A stretch of 63,956 bases of DNA, filler included, from Hyphochytrium catenoides (taxonomy: Eukaryota > Protista > Hyphochytriomycota): NCBI GenBank assembly GCA_900088475.1. It is 15 parts of 15 records of this genome, joined end to end, with 100 filler letters (N's around TTAATTAATTAA, not from the genome) between each part and the next. Parts side by side here need not be neighbours in the genome. Positions count along the whole stretch, not along the records: positions 62,929 to 63,956 come from FLMG01003094.1; 14 more parts are not named here. The stretch is one strand, 5' to 3'. Position numbers and translations under genes: made by a program. Below the pieces are notes generated by a model. The model saw nothing but the letters and a program-made list of their open reading frames with translations. It had not been told where the DNA came from and did no database searches. Below, one piece after another: positions 62,929 to 63,956 of this stretch; position 1 is the first letter of the stretch, and each line of letters starts with the position of its first letter.

Positions 62929-63956
62929 TCTTCTTCTTGTTCCTGAGTAGCAAACGAGGCACAAAATCTCACTTCTTCTGCACCCGCCAGTTCTGCGCGT
63001 GCTGCTTCTTCTGCTGCAGAGAGAGCAATAGCAGCTTCTACGGCCTCCTCAGGCTCAACTTCCTGTTGTTCCTCTTCAACTCTCTGAGCAGTAGCAGCTT
63101 CTACGGCCTCCTCAGGCTCAACTTCCTGTTGTTCCTCTTCAACTCTCCTAGGGTTTCTTTGCTCCAATACCGGCACACCGGTAGGGTTGTTGGCACGTCG
63201 GCGTTCTGCCATAGGCAAAGCGCTCCTTCTCCCAATCCCTTGGCAGGGGTCTTTAAGAAATTTTTGGGTGTGGAAGAGCTCGAAGCAGGTCTTCTCTCCG
63301 TCTCTTGGAAAGTTGCAAAGAGGTATCCCGGCATCGTGGCACGTCATGCACATCTTCGTGGTTTTAAATCCCCTCCTCTGATGCGTGGTAGAACCTTCCC
63401 CCTCTCCGCCGTGCGCCTTTGTGCAGCACAAGATGCAACATAGCTGCACTTCTTTGCCTGGAGGACCAGGTATAGTGACCTGCAGGTGAGAAAATATTGA
63501 GCGCCGAGCAAAGGACCTTAGGGGATGGAACTTGGCTGCACACGCTAGCCCTTACCATCGCATGCTTTGAACCGTCCAGTCTTTTGGCTACGTGTTCAGG
63601 GTCGGTATTAAACACTTGTCGCATCTTATATACCGTCTTTTTTTTCAGCGTCCCCGCTGCACTGTTAGCAACAAGTTGCGGCTCGTTCTCCTCTTGTCGG
63701 CGCAACACCACTCTAATCTGGCTAAATTGGGGAGCGTGGGCAACTGCAGCACAAAATCTAGCGAAGGTGTCAGCCAACGCCTTTCTTTTATTCTGATAGG
63801 CCCGGTAGCTAGTACACGCTTCCCGGTCCATCAAGAAATTGTATGCCTAGAAAGGGAACGTCAATTCTCAGCTAAGGCTTCTTAGGGAAAGGATGAATAC
63901 CTTAAAGAGGATGCTTGACTGATGAGCATTATAAACCAATGACATAATCATCCGCA
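62929..63956 (-). mobile_element. Spliced C-terminus of a piggyBac-like transposase with Cys-rich zinc domain and acidic tail
   Basis: Introns 63900-63847 and 63555-63480 (GT-AG, phase 0) give RMIMSLVYNAH..|AYNFLMD..KHAM|VTIPG..CCILCC..GFKTTKMCMTC..IPLC..TCFELFH, the piggyBac NA motif plus CRD pattern. Confidence 0.7.
63029..63147. repeat. 63-bp in-frame tandem duplication
   Basis: Copies start at 63029 and 63092 and encode RVEEEQQEVEPEEAVEAA twice on the minus strand. Confidence 0.9.

Noticed and set aside
1-63956. CRISPR arrays, rRNA, tRNA or prokaryotic operons
   Set aside because: I saw no repeat-spacer periodicity or recognisable structural RNA, and the genes have spliceosomal introns. 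A covariance-model scan was not possible.

Overview
Eukaryotic draft-assembly sequence, not a contiguous locus. Fourteen 100-nt artificial spacers (44 N + TTAATTAATTAA + 44 N) split it into 15 segments, so adjacency across spacers means nothing biologically. Gene content (DUF6818, an oomycete-type crystallin-like secreted protein, DUF4360, half-tRNA-primed Copia, chorismate synthase) suggests an oomycete or related stramenopile; this is inference. Introns and intergenic DNA are saturated with (GA/CT)n microsatellites, so most ORFs in the supplied track are spurious. Recognisable host genes: complete 6-exon ETF beta, partial chorismate synthase, FAM136A-like exon 1, a SPRY protein, an intronless ~1600-aa Zn-ribbon/FYVE/DnaJ/FYVE/PX/coiled-coil protein, an intronless actinobacterial-like DUF4360 secreted protein and several hypothetical genes. 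Mobile DNA: a complete 3893-bp PIF/Harbinger element (30-bp perfect TIRs, TAA TSD, both ORFs broken), nested in a ~0.69-kb unclassified element with TTC-loop hairpin ends, itself inside a Copia LTR that abuts a Copia RNase H remnant. There are also nested/scrambled Copia pieces and two spliced fragments of a piggyBac-like DDD transposase, one running in frame into a YqaJ/lambda-exonuclease-like motif. All domain calls come from motif recognition by eye; no searches were run.
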